IMG/VR virus record: IMGVR_UViG_3300015371_000015
Coordinates: 15,661-79,660 of that record
Source of the DNA: a virus
Length of the DNA: 64,000 nucleotides
Strand: one strand, 5' to 3'
The position numbers were made by a program, and so were the translations under genes. The notes beneath the pieces were generated by a model. The model saw only the letters and a list, made by a program, of their open reading frames with translations, was not told the origin of the DNA and ran no database searches. Positions 1 to 8,783 of this stretch are shown here, one piece after another (the stretch's first letter is position 1; every line of letters begins with the position of its first letter).

Positions 1-1172
1 GAGTCAAGCTCGCGTCGACCAAGAAGGGTGTCGAGAACTTCCTGACTGGTTCGATGCTCGAGATTCGTCCCATGGCCATCAACAAGCTTCAAGGCCTGCG
101 TACTAAGATGAACACTGTAGATGAGTGGTTGTCTGGCGATCTACGTGAGGACGTTGTCAACGCGATCGAGCAGGGCGCATCCAAGGTGCCCGAGTACTTG
201 ATCGTCGCTATCAGCTCTGAGGGTACAGTCCGTAATGGTTCTGGCGACACCATCAAGCTTTCGCTGGCCGACCGCCTCAAGGGCGACTTCTATGACCCGT
301 TCACTTCGATCTGGCACTACAAGCTGGACGAGCTGGAGGAGGTTGGAGACCCGTCTAAGTGGCTGAAAGCTAACCCAAACCTGGGCATAACGGTCAGCTA
401 TGAGACTTATCAGCGCGACGTTCTGCAGGCCGAGAAGGCCCCCGCGACGCGGAACGACATCCTCGCCAAGCGCTTCGGCATTCCCATGGAGGGCTACACG
501 TACTTCTTCACATACGAAGAGACGCTGCCCCAGATGCGGATTGACGGCACCATCATTCCCATTGACACTCGCGGCATGCCGTGCACGATGGGAGCGGACT
601 TGAGCCAGGGAGACGACTTCTGTGCGTTTACCTTCCTCTTCCCATTGGCGAATGGGTCGTTCGCAATCAAGACTCGAAGTTACATCACACAGCTCACTTT
701 GGACAACCTCCCCGGCGCCATGTGGCAGAAGTACCAAGAGTTCATTCAAGAGGGCTCTCTCATCATCATGGACGCCACGGTCCTAGACATGCTCGACGTG
801 TTCGACGATCTCGACGCGTTCATTGTCAAGATGGACTACGACGTCAGGGCCATGGGCTTCGACCCATACAACGCCAAGGAGTTCGTCAACCGTTGGGAGC
901 AAGAGAACGGTCCGTACAACATCGAGAAGGTTCAGCAGGGCGCACGAACTGAGTCGGTTCCGCTTGGCGAGCTCAAGAAGCTTTCCGAGAACCACATGCT
1001 TCTGTTCGACGAGGTCTTGCTGACTTTCTGCATGGGCAACGCGATCACCATCGAGGACACCAACGGTAACCGGAAGCTGTTGAAGCGCCGGCATGAGGAG
1101 AAGGTTGACAACGTCGCCGCCCTCATGGACGCGTGGATCGTCTTCAAACTACACAAGGAGGAGTTCGAGTGA
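1..1172 (+). CDS. Terminase large subunit (5' truncated by window)
   Basis: Frame open from base 3; Walker B-like TVDEW, KANPNLG, RNase H-like GADLSQGDD and terminal KVDNVAALMDA; precedes portal. Confidence 0.93.
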   Translation, partial: VKLASTKKGVENFLTGSMLEIRPMAINKLQGLRTKMNTVDEWLSGDLREDVVNAIEQGASKVPEYLIVAISSEGTVRNGSGDTIKLSLADRLKGDFYDPFTSIWHYKLDELEEVGDPSKWLKANPNLGITVSYETYQRDVLQAEKAPATRNDILAKRFGIPMEGYTYFFTYEETLPQMRIDGTIIPIDTRGMPCTMGADLSQGDDFCAFTFLFPLANGSFAIKTRSYITQLTLDNLPGAMWQKYQEFIQEGSLIIMDATVLDMLDVFDDLDAFIVKMDYDVRAMGFDPYNAKEFVNRWEQENGPYNIEKVQQGARTESVPLGELKKLSENHMLLFDEVLLTFCMGNAITIEDTNGNRKLLKRRHEEKVDNVAALMDAWIVFKLHKEEFE

Positions 1173-1196
1173 TGAAGACAGATGAAGGGGGTGACT

Positions 1197-2558
1197 ATGG
1201 CGCAGGCAGAGACACAGGGTAAGTCCCGCCGCGGAGTTATCGCTCGCGCGAGAGCAGCAATCCACGCGTTCAACTCGTTCACCGTAAACGAAGTTGCGGC
1301 AGCTCCGCCCCAGCAAATGGGCTACAACATGGGCCCTTCGGTGTGGGCACGCCCCGACCGTCCTCGCTTCCGTGTAAGCGGCGGTGAGCGCACGATCATC
1401 TCATCCATCTACACGCGCATGTCAGTCGACGCCGCCGGCGTTCGCATCGAGCACGTCAGGGTTGACGAGAACGGTCAGTATGTCGACACGATCAAGTCGG
1501 GTCTTCACAACTGTCTGAATGTCGAAGCCAACCTCGACCAGGGCGGACGTCACTTCCGTCAGGACATCGTGCTCACGCTTCTCCAAGAGGGTTGCATCGC
1601 GATCATTCCGGTCGACACGACGCTCAATCCGATGTCTGCTGGAAACTGGGACATCAAGACCATGCGTGTTGGAACCATTCTCGAATGGTGGCCTGAGTAC
1701 GTCAAGGTTCGGGCCTATAACCAGAAGACGGGTAAGCAGGAGGATCTCACTCTTCCTAAGACGATGGTCGCCATCGTTGAGAACCCGTTCTACGCAGTCA
1801 TGAACGAGCCCAACTCGACTCTTCAGCGTCTCATTCACAAGCTCAGCTTGCTGGACAACGTTGACGAAATCTCGAGCTCGGGCAAGCTCGATGTCATCAT
1901 CCAGGTTCCTTACTCGATCAAGTCTGAGTCTCGCAAGAACCAGGCTGAAAATCGTCGTAAGGAGATGGAAGAGCAGCTCGCCGGCAGTACGTACGGCATT
2001 GCCTATGCTGATGGGTCTGAGAAGATCACTCAGCTGAACCGAGCTGTGGAAAACAATCTTCTCCAGCAGGTCCAGTATCTGACGGAGAAGCTGTACAACG
2101 AACTCGGTATTACCGAGGACATCATGAACGGCACGGCCGACGATGTAACCATGCTTAACTACATCAACCGAATTATCGAGCCCATCATGGACGCCGTCGT
2201 GGAAGCGATGATCCGAACCTTCCTGACCAAGACTGCACGAACGCAGGGTCAGACCATGATGTACTTCCAGGATCCGTTCAAGCTGATTCCTATTAGCCAA
2301 CTGGCTGACGTTGTCGACGTATTCAGTCGCAACCAGATCGTGACGCCGAATGAGGTTCGCCCCGCACTGGGTCTCAAGCCCTCGAAGCAGCCTCAGGCAA
2401 ATCAGCTCGTTAACTCCAACATGCCCCTCAAGGATCAGGTTACCGATCCCAATGCACCGGATGGTTCACAAGACCCGAACGCAACAGACGGGACTAATGA
2501 CCCATTGGCGCAGGATGAGGCAAACCTTGATCGTACTATGGCAGATCTGGGGGTCTAA
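1197..2558 (+). CDS. Portal protein
   Basis: ~450 aa after terminase; HK97-type portal features (NCLNVEAN, ELGITEDIMNG, VTPNEVR). Confidence 0.88.
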   Translation: MAQAETQGKSRRGVIARARAAIHAFNSFTVNEVAAAPPQQMGYNMGPSVWARPDRPRFRVSGGERTIISSIYTRMSVDAAGVRIEHVRVDENGQYVDTIKSGLHNCLNVEANLDQGGRHFRQDIVLTLLQEGCIAIIPVDTTLNPMSAGNWDIKTMRVGTILEWWPEYVKVRAYNQKTGKQEDLTLPKTMVAIVENPFYAVMNEPNSTLQRLIHKLSLLDNVDEISSSGKLDVIIQVPYSIKSESRKNQAENRRKEMEEQLAGSTYGIAYADGSEKITQLNRAVENNLLQQVQYLTEKLYNELGITEDIMNGTADDVTMLNYINRIIEPIMDAVVEAMIRTFLTKTARTQGQTMMYFQDPFKLIPISQLADVVDVFSRNQIVTPNEVRPALGLKPSKQPQANQLVNSNMPLKDQVTDPNAPDGSQDPNATDGTNDPLAQDEANLDRTMADLGV

Positions 2559-3166
2559 TGGCAGTACAAGACTACGACCCGCAGAAGCGCCATGATAGGT
2601 ATGAGAGGACAAAGCAGCTGAAGGGCCGAGGCAAAGGCTCGAAAGCTACGTCTGCTAATCCGTCCCATCCTGCTAAGTCAGTACATCCTATTCGTGAACA
2701 GACTCAAGCTAGCCATGACCGGGTTATCCGTGTTAGAGGGAAGATCAAGAAGCTCGAGGGTGCGCTTTCAGAGGCACAGGCTGAGCTATCTACCCGGAGG
2801 CAAAAGAGTCGAGCGGCCAAGAAGGCAAGCTCCGATGGGAAATCTACTGCCGCTGAGAAGCAAGCTTCGCAGGAGTATCGGGACAAGCATAAGACAGAAC
2901 TCGCTAGCAAGTCCAAGAAGAGCAGTAGTTCTTCGAAGTCTGGCGGCGGGTCTAAATCTTCGAGCAGCAGCGTTGCTGACATGAGCACGAAAGCTCTAGA
3001 AGCTCGAGTTATCAAGATCAAGGGTGCCATTCGTGACGCCCGGCGATTGCTATCCAGTGCATCAATCGAGCACGGTCAGCTCATGCACTCAGCAATTGTT
3101 TCTGATCCAGATGTCAACGAACGCTTTGCTCGATTTAATTCAGCAGAAAGGGGTCCGTCAAGATGA
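2558..3166 (+). CDS. Basic Lys/Ser-rich coiled-coil protein, possibly virion-internal
   Basis: Coupled to portal and capsid genes by stop/start overlaps; low-complexity basic sequence. Confidence 0.6.
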   Translation: MAVQDYDPQKRHDRYERTKQLKGRGKGSKATSANPSHPAKSVHPIREQTQASHDRVIRVRGKIKKLEGALSEAQAELSTRRQKSRAAKKASSDGKSTAAEKQASQEYRDKHKTELASKSKKSSSSSKSGGGSKSSSSSVADMSTKALEARVIKIKGAIRDARRLLSSASIEHGQLMHSAIVSDPDVNERFARFNSAERGPSR

Positions 3167-5514
3167 CAGATGATGTCAAGCCGGATTTCAGTGGCTACGC
3201 CACCAAGAGCGACCTCCAGTGTGCCGATGGACGGACCATCCTTCGGGGCGCCTTTGCTCACCAGAACGGTGAGCGCGTTCCACTCGTCTGGGGGCACGGT
3301 CACGACCGCGCTACCAACGTGCTGGGGCATGTGCTTCTGGAGAACGTGGAGGATGGGGTTCGCGCGCACGCGTTCTTCAACAACACGGTCGACGGACAGC
3401 ACGCCAAGGAGATGGTCAAGCACGGTGACGTGCGGTGGCTTTCCATCTTCGCCAACCAGCTCAAGGAGAAGGCCAAGCAGGTTTCACATGGCTTCATCCG
3501 AGAGGTGAGTCTCGTCCTGGCTGGGGCCAACCCCGGCGCAACGATCGACAACCGACCCGCGGAGGAGTTCGCTCACGGGGACGATGGCGAGTATTACTAC
3601 GACGAGGCAGACATCACGACCGGTCTCGAGATCGAGGTGCCCGAGATGGCCCTTGCTCACGCGGCTGGTAGTGGTACCGCCACGAAGAAGGAGACCGACA
3701 GCAACTCAGGCAGTGGTAAGTCCCTGGAGGAGATCCTGGGCACGCTGAACGAGGAGCAGTCCAACGCGGTCGACTATCTTCTCAGCCAGGCGCTTACGCA
3801 CTCTGAGCAGAGTGCCGAAGCCGACAGTGACGCCGAGGACGAGGGCGATGCTGACGCTGGTGAGGCCGAGGGAGAGAACACTGAGGGCGCCGCCGGCGCT
3901 GAGGGTGAGGGCTCCGAGGGCAATGCTGAAGGCGAGAACGCCGAAGGCACCGACAACGCTGAGGGCTCGGAAGGTGACGGTAACGGCACCGAGGGCACCG
4001 AAGGCACTGACAACGCCGAGGGCGCTGAGGGCGACGGCAACGCCGCTGAGAGTGTCCAGAGCACTGACAATGCTGAAGGTACCGAGGGTACCGAAGGCGC
4101 TGAAGGAACCGAAGGCGGCAACGCCGAGGGCAACACCGCTGCTGGCGACAGTGTCCAGCACGACAACAACTCTCAGGAGGACAACAGCATGACGCACAAC
4201 GTGTTCGATCGGTACTCGGCGACCGGCGCCGCCGGCGCCACTGGCCCGACTGCTGCTCACACCCAGGTCAAGCTCGGTGAGGATGTCATCAAGGGCATCA
4301 TCGAGCACGCGGACGAGGTCGGCTCGCTCAAGAAGGCGTTCAAGGCCTTCATGCGTGACACCGGCGTCACCGTCGACGGTGAGCTGAAGCACGGCATCGA
4401 GAACATCGACTACCTCTTCCCCGACGCGAAGCTGCTGGACAACAGCCCGCAGTTCCTCTCGCGCCGGATGGAGTGGGTCGACAAGGTTCTCTCCGGTGTC
4501 CGGAAGCAGCCTTACGGTCGCATCAAGTCCGTCTCCGCGGACATCACGATGGAGGAGGCCCGCGCCAAGGGTTACATCAAGGGCAACATGAAGAAGGAAG
4601 AGTTCTTCAAGCTGTCCAAGCGCGAGACCACCCCGCAGACCGTCTACAAGAAGCAGGCGCTGGACCGGGACGACGTGATCGACATCGTCGACCTGGACGT
4701 CATCGCCTGGATGAAGGCGGAGATGAAGGTCATGCTCGACGAGGCCATCGCCGAGGCCATCCTCTTCGGTGATGGTCGCTCCAACGGTGACGAGGACAAG
4801 ATCCGCGAGGACAAGATCCGCCCGATCGCCACGGACGACGAGCTCTACGCCACCACGGTGAACGTCAACCTCGACGACTCCAACAGCTCCATCGAGGAGT
4901 TCGTGGACGTCGTGATCGACAACCGCCAGTACTACAAGGGCACCGGCTCGCCGACCTTCTTCACCACCGAGGCCACGGTCTCGAAGTTCCTGAAGCAGAA
5001 GGACGGCTTCGGGCGTCGGATCTACGACGACATCACCGACATCCAGAAGGTGCTGCGCGTCTCCGAGATCGTCACGGTCGAGTCGATGGAGCGCGTTCCG
5101 GACCTGGTGGGCATCATGGTCAACCTGGTGGACTACACCATCGGTACCGACCGTCTGGGCGCCGCGACGATGTTCGACGACTTCGACATCGACTACAACA
5201 AGCTGAAGTACCTGATCGAGACCCGCCTGTCGGGTGCTCTGGCCAAGCTCAAGTCGGCCCTGGTCTTCCGCTCGGTGCCGGCCGCTTCGGTCCTTCGTGA
5301 GCCCCTGGCTCCTGACTTCGACGGCACCACCGTGACGGTTCCGACCGTGACCGGTGTGGTCTACAAGGACGGGCAGGGTAACACTCTGACCACCGCTTCG
5401 CCGGTCGCCCTTGACCCGGGTGAGCAGCTCCACGTCGTGGCCACTCCTGAGGCGGGCTCGTACTTCGAGAACAACGCTGAGGACGAGTGGGACTTCGTGG
5501 GCGAAGAGGCCTGA
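3163..5514 (+). CDS. Prohead protease-major capsid protein fusion with acidic linker and C-terminal Ig-like domain
   Basis: N-terminal protease motifs (VPLVWGH, LSI, EVSLVLAGANPGA), EG/TEG-rich linker, HK97-like capsid region (AILFGDGR, FDIDYNKLKYLIETRLSG). Confidence 0.9.
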   Translation: MTDDVKPDFSGYATKSDLQCADGRTILRGAFAHQNGERVPLVWGHGHDRATNVLGHVLLENVEDGVRAHAFFNNTVDGQHAKEMVKHGDVRWLSIFANQLKEKAKQVSHGFIREVSLVLAGANPGATIDNRPAEEFAHGDDGEYYYDEADITTGLEIEVPEMALAHAAGSGTATKKETDSNSGSGKSLEEILGTLNEEQSNAVDYLLSQALTHSEQSAEADSDAEDEGDADAGEAEGENTEGAAGAEGEGSEGNAEGENAEGTDNAEGSEGDGNGTEGTEGTDNAEGAEGDGNAAESVQSTDNAEGTEGTEGAEGTEGGNAEGNTAAGDSVQHDNNSQEDNSMTHNVFDRYSATGAAGATGPTAAHTQVKLGEDVIKGIIEHADEVGSLKKAFKAFMRDTGVTVDGELKHGIENIDYLFPDAKLLDNSPQFLSRRMEWVDKVLSGVRKQPYGRIKSVSADITMEEARAKGYIKGNMKKEEFFKLSKRETTPQTVYKKQALDRDDVIDIVDLDVIAWMKAEMKVMLDEAIAEAILFGDGRSNGDEDKIREDKIRPIATDDELYATTVNVNLDDSNSSIEEFVDVVIDNRQYYKGTGSPTFFTTEATVSKFLKQKDGFGRRIYDDITDIQKVLRVSEIVTVESMERVPDLVGIMVNLVDYTIGTDRLGAATMFDDFDIDYNKLKYLIETRLSGALAKLKSALVFRSVPAASVLREPLAPDFDGTTVTVPTVTGVVYKDGQGNTLTTASPVALDPGEQLHVVATPEAGSYFENNAEDEWDFVGEEA

Positions 5515-5523
5515 TAGATCCCG

Positions 5524-5856
5524 ATGGCGCGCTTCTTCGGCAAAGTAGGGGTTGAACTACCCGGAACTAATGTCGACGGTGTGTGGACGGCACCGGTTGA
5601 AGAGCGTGACTATTACGGAGACGAGATCAGCGCATTGCGTTCGCTTGAATCGTCCGACAAGGTCAATGATGACTATCGGTTGCAGAACCGAATCAGCATC
5701 GTGGCCGACGTGGGCGTTGATCTCGTCTCCAAAATCAAGTACGTCTCGTTGCATGGGACTAAGTGGATCGTAAACTCAGTCGAGTACGATCGCCCCCGTC
5801 TCATCCTCTCGCTGGGAGGTGTATACCATGGCCCGACCCCGGATAATTCTCCATGA
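5524..5856 (+). CDS. Head-to-tail stopper/connector
   Basis: 110 aa after capsid; GTKWIVNSVE..RPRLILSLGGVY pattern; synteny. Confidence 0.7.
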   Translation: MARFFGKVGVELPGTNVDGVWTAPVEERDYYGDEISALRSLESSDKVNDDYRLQNRISIVADVGVDLVSKIKYVSLHGTKWIVNSVEYDRPRLILSLGGVYHGPTPDNSP

Positions 5857-6139
5857 GAAGCTAGCAATAGCTCTGGGCAACCGCGATGAAGTGCACTTCC
5901 AGCCTCCTGAGGATGCCAAGATGGGGGACCCATGCATTGTGTATGAGCGAGACGATGCTTCTATCGATTACGCGGACAATCTCCCGTATCGGGACGCGCT
6001 TCGCTATCAGGTCACGCTCATGACCAAGAATCCGGACAGCGACGTCTATAAGGAGCTTCAGAAGCTTCCTTACTGTCGTTTCCAACGGCACTTTGCGACG
6101 TCCGGTCTCAACCATGACGTCTTCGTGATTTACCACTAG
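5828..6139 (+). CDS. Tail terminator
   Basis: VHFQPP..PCIVYER..YADN..YQVT pattern; precedes major tail. Confidence 0.7.
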   Translation: MARPRIILHEKLAIALGNRDEVHFQPPEDAKMGDPCIVYERDDASIDYADNLPYRDALRYQVTLMTKNPDSDVYKELQKLPYCRFQRHFATSGLNHDVFVIYH

Positions 6140-6152
6140 GAGGAATCCAAGC

Positions 6153-7028
6153 ATGACTAAGCTCACTTGGGACCAGACCGGCCAGCGTCTCTACGAGACC
6201 GGCGTCGATCACGGTGTCCTGTACATCCCGGACGTTTCGGGTAACTACTCCGACGGAGTGGCCTGGAATGGTCTGACCACGGTCACGGAATCGCCTTCGG
6301 GCGCCGAGGCCAACGCCCTGTACGCCGACAACATCAAGTACCTGAACCTGGTCTCCGCGGAGGAGTTCGGCGCGACGGTCGAGGCGTACATGTACCCGCC
6401 GGAGTTCGGCCAGTTCGACGGCACGGCTATGCCCGTCGTCGGTCTGTCGGTCGGTCAGCAGGCTCGCAAGATCTTCGGCCTGTGCTACCGCACCCGCCTC
6501 GGCAACGATGTCGAGGGTTCGGACTACGGCTACAAGCTGCACCTCATCTACGGCGCCCAGGCGGCTCCGTCGGAGAAGGCGTACGCTTCCATGAACGACT
6601 CGCCTGAGGCGATCACGTTCTCGTGGGAGCTCACGACGACTCCCGTATCGGCCGGAGACGACCTCAAGCCGACCTCCCAGATCGTCATCGACTCCACTCA
6701 GGTGGACTCCGACACTCTGGCGGCTCTCGAGGTCATCCTCTACGGCTCGACCGGCGTGGAGCCCCGGCTTCCGCTGCCCGAAGAGGTCATCGGCATGTTC
6801 ACCGAGACGCTGCCGACCGTCGAGACCGTGGAGCCGAGCTACAACGCGGCCACCGACACCATCACCTTCCCCGACGTCACCGGAGTGATCTACTCGGTGG
6901 GCGGCGTGGACAAGGCGCCTGGTTCGACCATGGTCATCACCGAGGACACCGTTGTCGAGGCACGTCCGGCTGCCGGTTTCCGGTTCACCGAGACCTCGGA
7001 CAACGACTGGACGATCGAATACAGCTGA
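6153..7028 (+). CDS. Major tail (tube) protein with C-terminal Ig-like extension
   Basis: RBS AGGAGG; YETGVDHGVLY, AWNGLT, YADNIKY, GYKLHLIYG. Confidence 0.9.
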   Translation: MTKLTWDQTGQRLYETGVDHGVLYIPDVSGNYSDGVAWNGLTTVTESPSGAEANALYADNIKYLNLVSAEEFGATVEAYMYPPEFGQFDGTAMPVVGLSVGQQARKIFGLCYRTRLGNDVEGSDYGYKLHLIYGAQAAPSEKAYASMNDSPEAITFSWELTTTPVSAGDDLKPTSQIVIDSTQVDSDTLAALEVILYGSTGVEPRLPLPEEVIGMFTETLPTVETVEPSYNAATDTITFPDVTGVIYSVGGVDKAPGSTMVITEDTVVEARPAAGFRFTETSDNDWTIEYS

Positions 7029-7058
7029 TCGTCTGCGAACTAGAAAGGAGACCGGGGG

Positions 7059-7577
7059 ATGCTTCGGATTTCACTACCGCGGACAGAGTTTGTCAGCGAG
7101 CTCGAGTTGGAGCTGGAGCATTCCCTGGTCTCTCTTTCAAAATGGGAGTCAATGTACGAAAAGCCTTTCTACGGCAAAGAGGACAAGACACCCGAAGAGA
7201 CCAAGACTTACATTCGCCAGATGATTCTAACTCCAGATGTGCCTGACAACGTCGTGGAGCGCTTCAAGACCGAACACTACAATCAGGTTACTGAGTACAT
7301 CAACTCCAAGCAGACCGCTACATGGTTTTCGGAGATGCAGGAGCCTAAGCGTGGACAGCCGGAGGCCATTACGGCCGAGCTGATCTACTACTGGATGATC
7401 TCATTCCAGATTCCGTTCGATCCTTGCGAGCACTGGCACCTCAATCGTTTGATGACCTTGATCCGAATCGCTGGTATCAAGCAGGCCCCGCCTAAGAAGA
7501 TGGGCAAGGCGGAGTGGGCTGCCAAACAGCGTGCGCTGAACGAGCAACGACGTCAGCAGATGGGATCCTCCGGCTAA
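7059..7577 (+). CDS. Probable tail assembly chaperone
   Basis: Follows major tail; LEHSLVSLSKWES, ITAELIYYWM, WHLNRLMTLI. Confidence 0.6.
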   Translation: MLRISLPRTEFVSELELELEHSLVSLSKWESMYEKPFYGKEDKTPEETKTYIRQMILTPDVPDNVVERFKTEHYNQVTEYINSKQTATWFSEMQEPKRGQPEAITAELIYYWMISFQIPFDPCEHWHLNRLMTLIRIAGIKQAPPKKMGKAEWAAKQRALNEQRRQQMGSSG

Positions 7578-7593
7578 CCAGAAAGGGGTAACC

Positions 7594-8385
7594 GTGACTC
7601 GTTTGAACTGGAACAATCCAGAGGCTCGAATCTTCGAAGTGGGCCTAGACCGCGGTGTCCTCTACCCCAAGAGCGCTCCGGCAGTGGCTTGGAACGGGCT
7701 GACCGGCGTGGACGAAAACGGCGCTGAAAGCTCCAAGGTGTACTACCTGGACGGAAGGCCGTACCTGATCGTCCCTACGCCCAAGGAATACCAGGCCACT
7801 CTCAAGGCATTCACCTACCCCGATGCTTTCTCGGAGATCATGGGACTGGTGGAAGCCACCGACGGCATGTACGTAGACTCCCAACAGGGAGACGCCTTCG
7901 ACTTGTCGTACCGAACTCTGATCGGCGATGCGAATCAAGGGTTGGAGGCGGGCTACAAGATCCATCTTGTCTACAACGCAATCGCGGCCCCTCAGGGCAA
8001 CAGCTACAGCACTATGGGTAGTTCAGTGGATCCCTCGGAGTTCTCCTGGGACATCCAGGCGTATCCCATGCCTCTGGTTGGCTACCGCTCGACCGCGCAC
8101 GTCGTGATCGACACCCGTCATATGGACCAGTACAAGCTTGGAGAGATCGAGGAACTCCTTTACGGCACTGACGCCGCTGAAGCATCCATTCCCGAACCTC
8201 AGGTCGTCTTCGACACCCTGAACCACGGTGACGCGATCATCATCACCGACAACGGTGACGGTACCTGGGAGGCTTCTGGTTCCTACAAGAACGTGCACCT
8301 CATCGGAGACGGCATCTTCGAGATCGAGAACGTCAACGGCACCGACAACGGCGATGGTACCTTCACCATCAGTACTACGCTATGA
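7594..8385 (+). CDS. Second major-tail-like protein (paralog of 6153-7028)
   Basis: Shares GLDRGVLY, AWNGLT, GYKIHLVY, FSWDI motifs with the first tail gene. Confidence 0.82.
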   Translation: MTRLNWNNPEARIFEVGLDRGVLYPKSAPAVAWNGLTGVDENGAESSKVYYLDGRPYLIVPTPKEYQATLKAFTYPDAFSEIMGLVEATDGMYVDSQQGDAFDLSYRTLIGDANQGLEAGYKIHLVYNAIAAPQGNSYSTMGSSVDPSEFSWDIQAYPMPLVGYRSTAHVVIDTRHMDQYKLGEIEELLYGTDAAEASIPEPQVVFDTLNHGDAIIITDNGDGTWEASGSYKNVHLIGDGIFEIENVNGTDNGDGTFTISTTL

Positions 8386-8783
8386 GTCGGGGTTCAAACA
8401 CTGGCGTCGGCCTCACATTCAGTGGGAGCACCAAACGGACGCAGAAGTTCCTAGACGATCTTGCCTCTGGACGTACGGTGTTGGACGGCATCGAGGCACT
8501 TGCTCAACAGGGCGTGAACGCTCTGTCGTCCGCCACCCCCGTAGCCTCCGGTCAAACTGCTGCATCTTGGTCGTATGAGATCGAGCGCGGCAAGGGAGCT
8601 ATTCGCATATCTTGGATCAACACGCATGTCGTGAACGGCGTCAACATCGCCGTGATTCTACAGTACGGCCATGGAACTGGAACAGGAGGTTACGTCGCCG
8701 GAAGAGACTACATCAACCCTGCCATTAAGCCGATCATGGACAAGATCGCAGACGAAGTGTGGAAGAAGGTGACCAGCTCGTGA
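8382..8783 (+). CDS. HK97 gp10-like tail completion/neck protein
   Basis: ATPVASGQTAASW, LQYGHGT, DYINPAI. Confidence 0.75.
   Translation: MSRGSNTGVGLTFSGSTKRTQKFLDDLASGRTVLDGIEALAQQGVNALSSATPVASGQTAASWSYEIERGKGAIRISWINTHVVNGVNIAVILQYGHGTGTGGYVAGRDYINPAIKPIMDKIADEVWKKVTSS

Noticed and set aside
3706-5433. Long minus-strand ORFs (also 11140-12501, 39089-40246, 50610-52163)
   Set aside because: Antisense shadows of GC-rich + strand genes; no RBS or motifs
7059-8783. Programmed frameshift in the tail assembly chaperone
   Set aside because: No convincing slippery site or overlapping downstream frame found by eye
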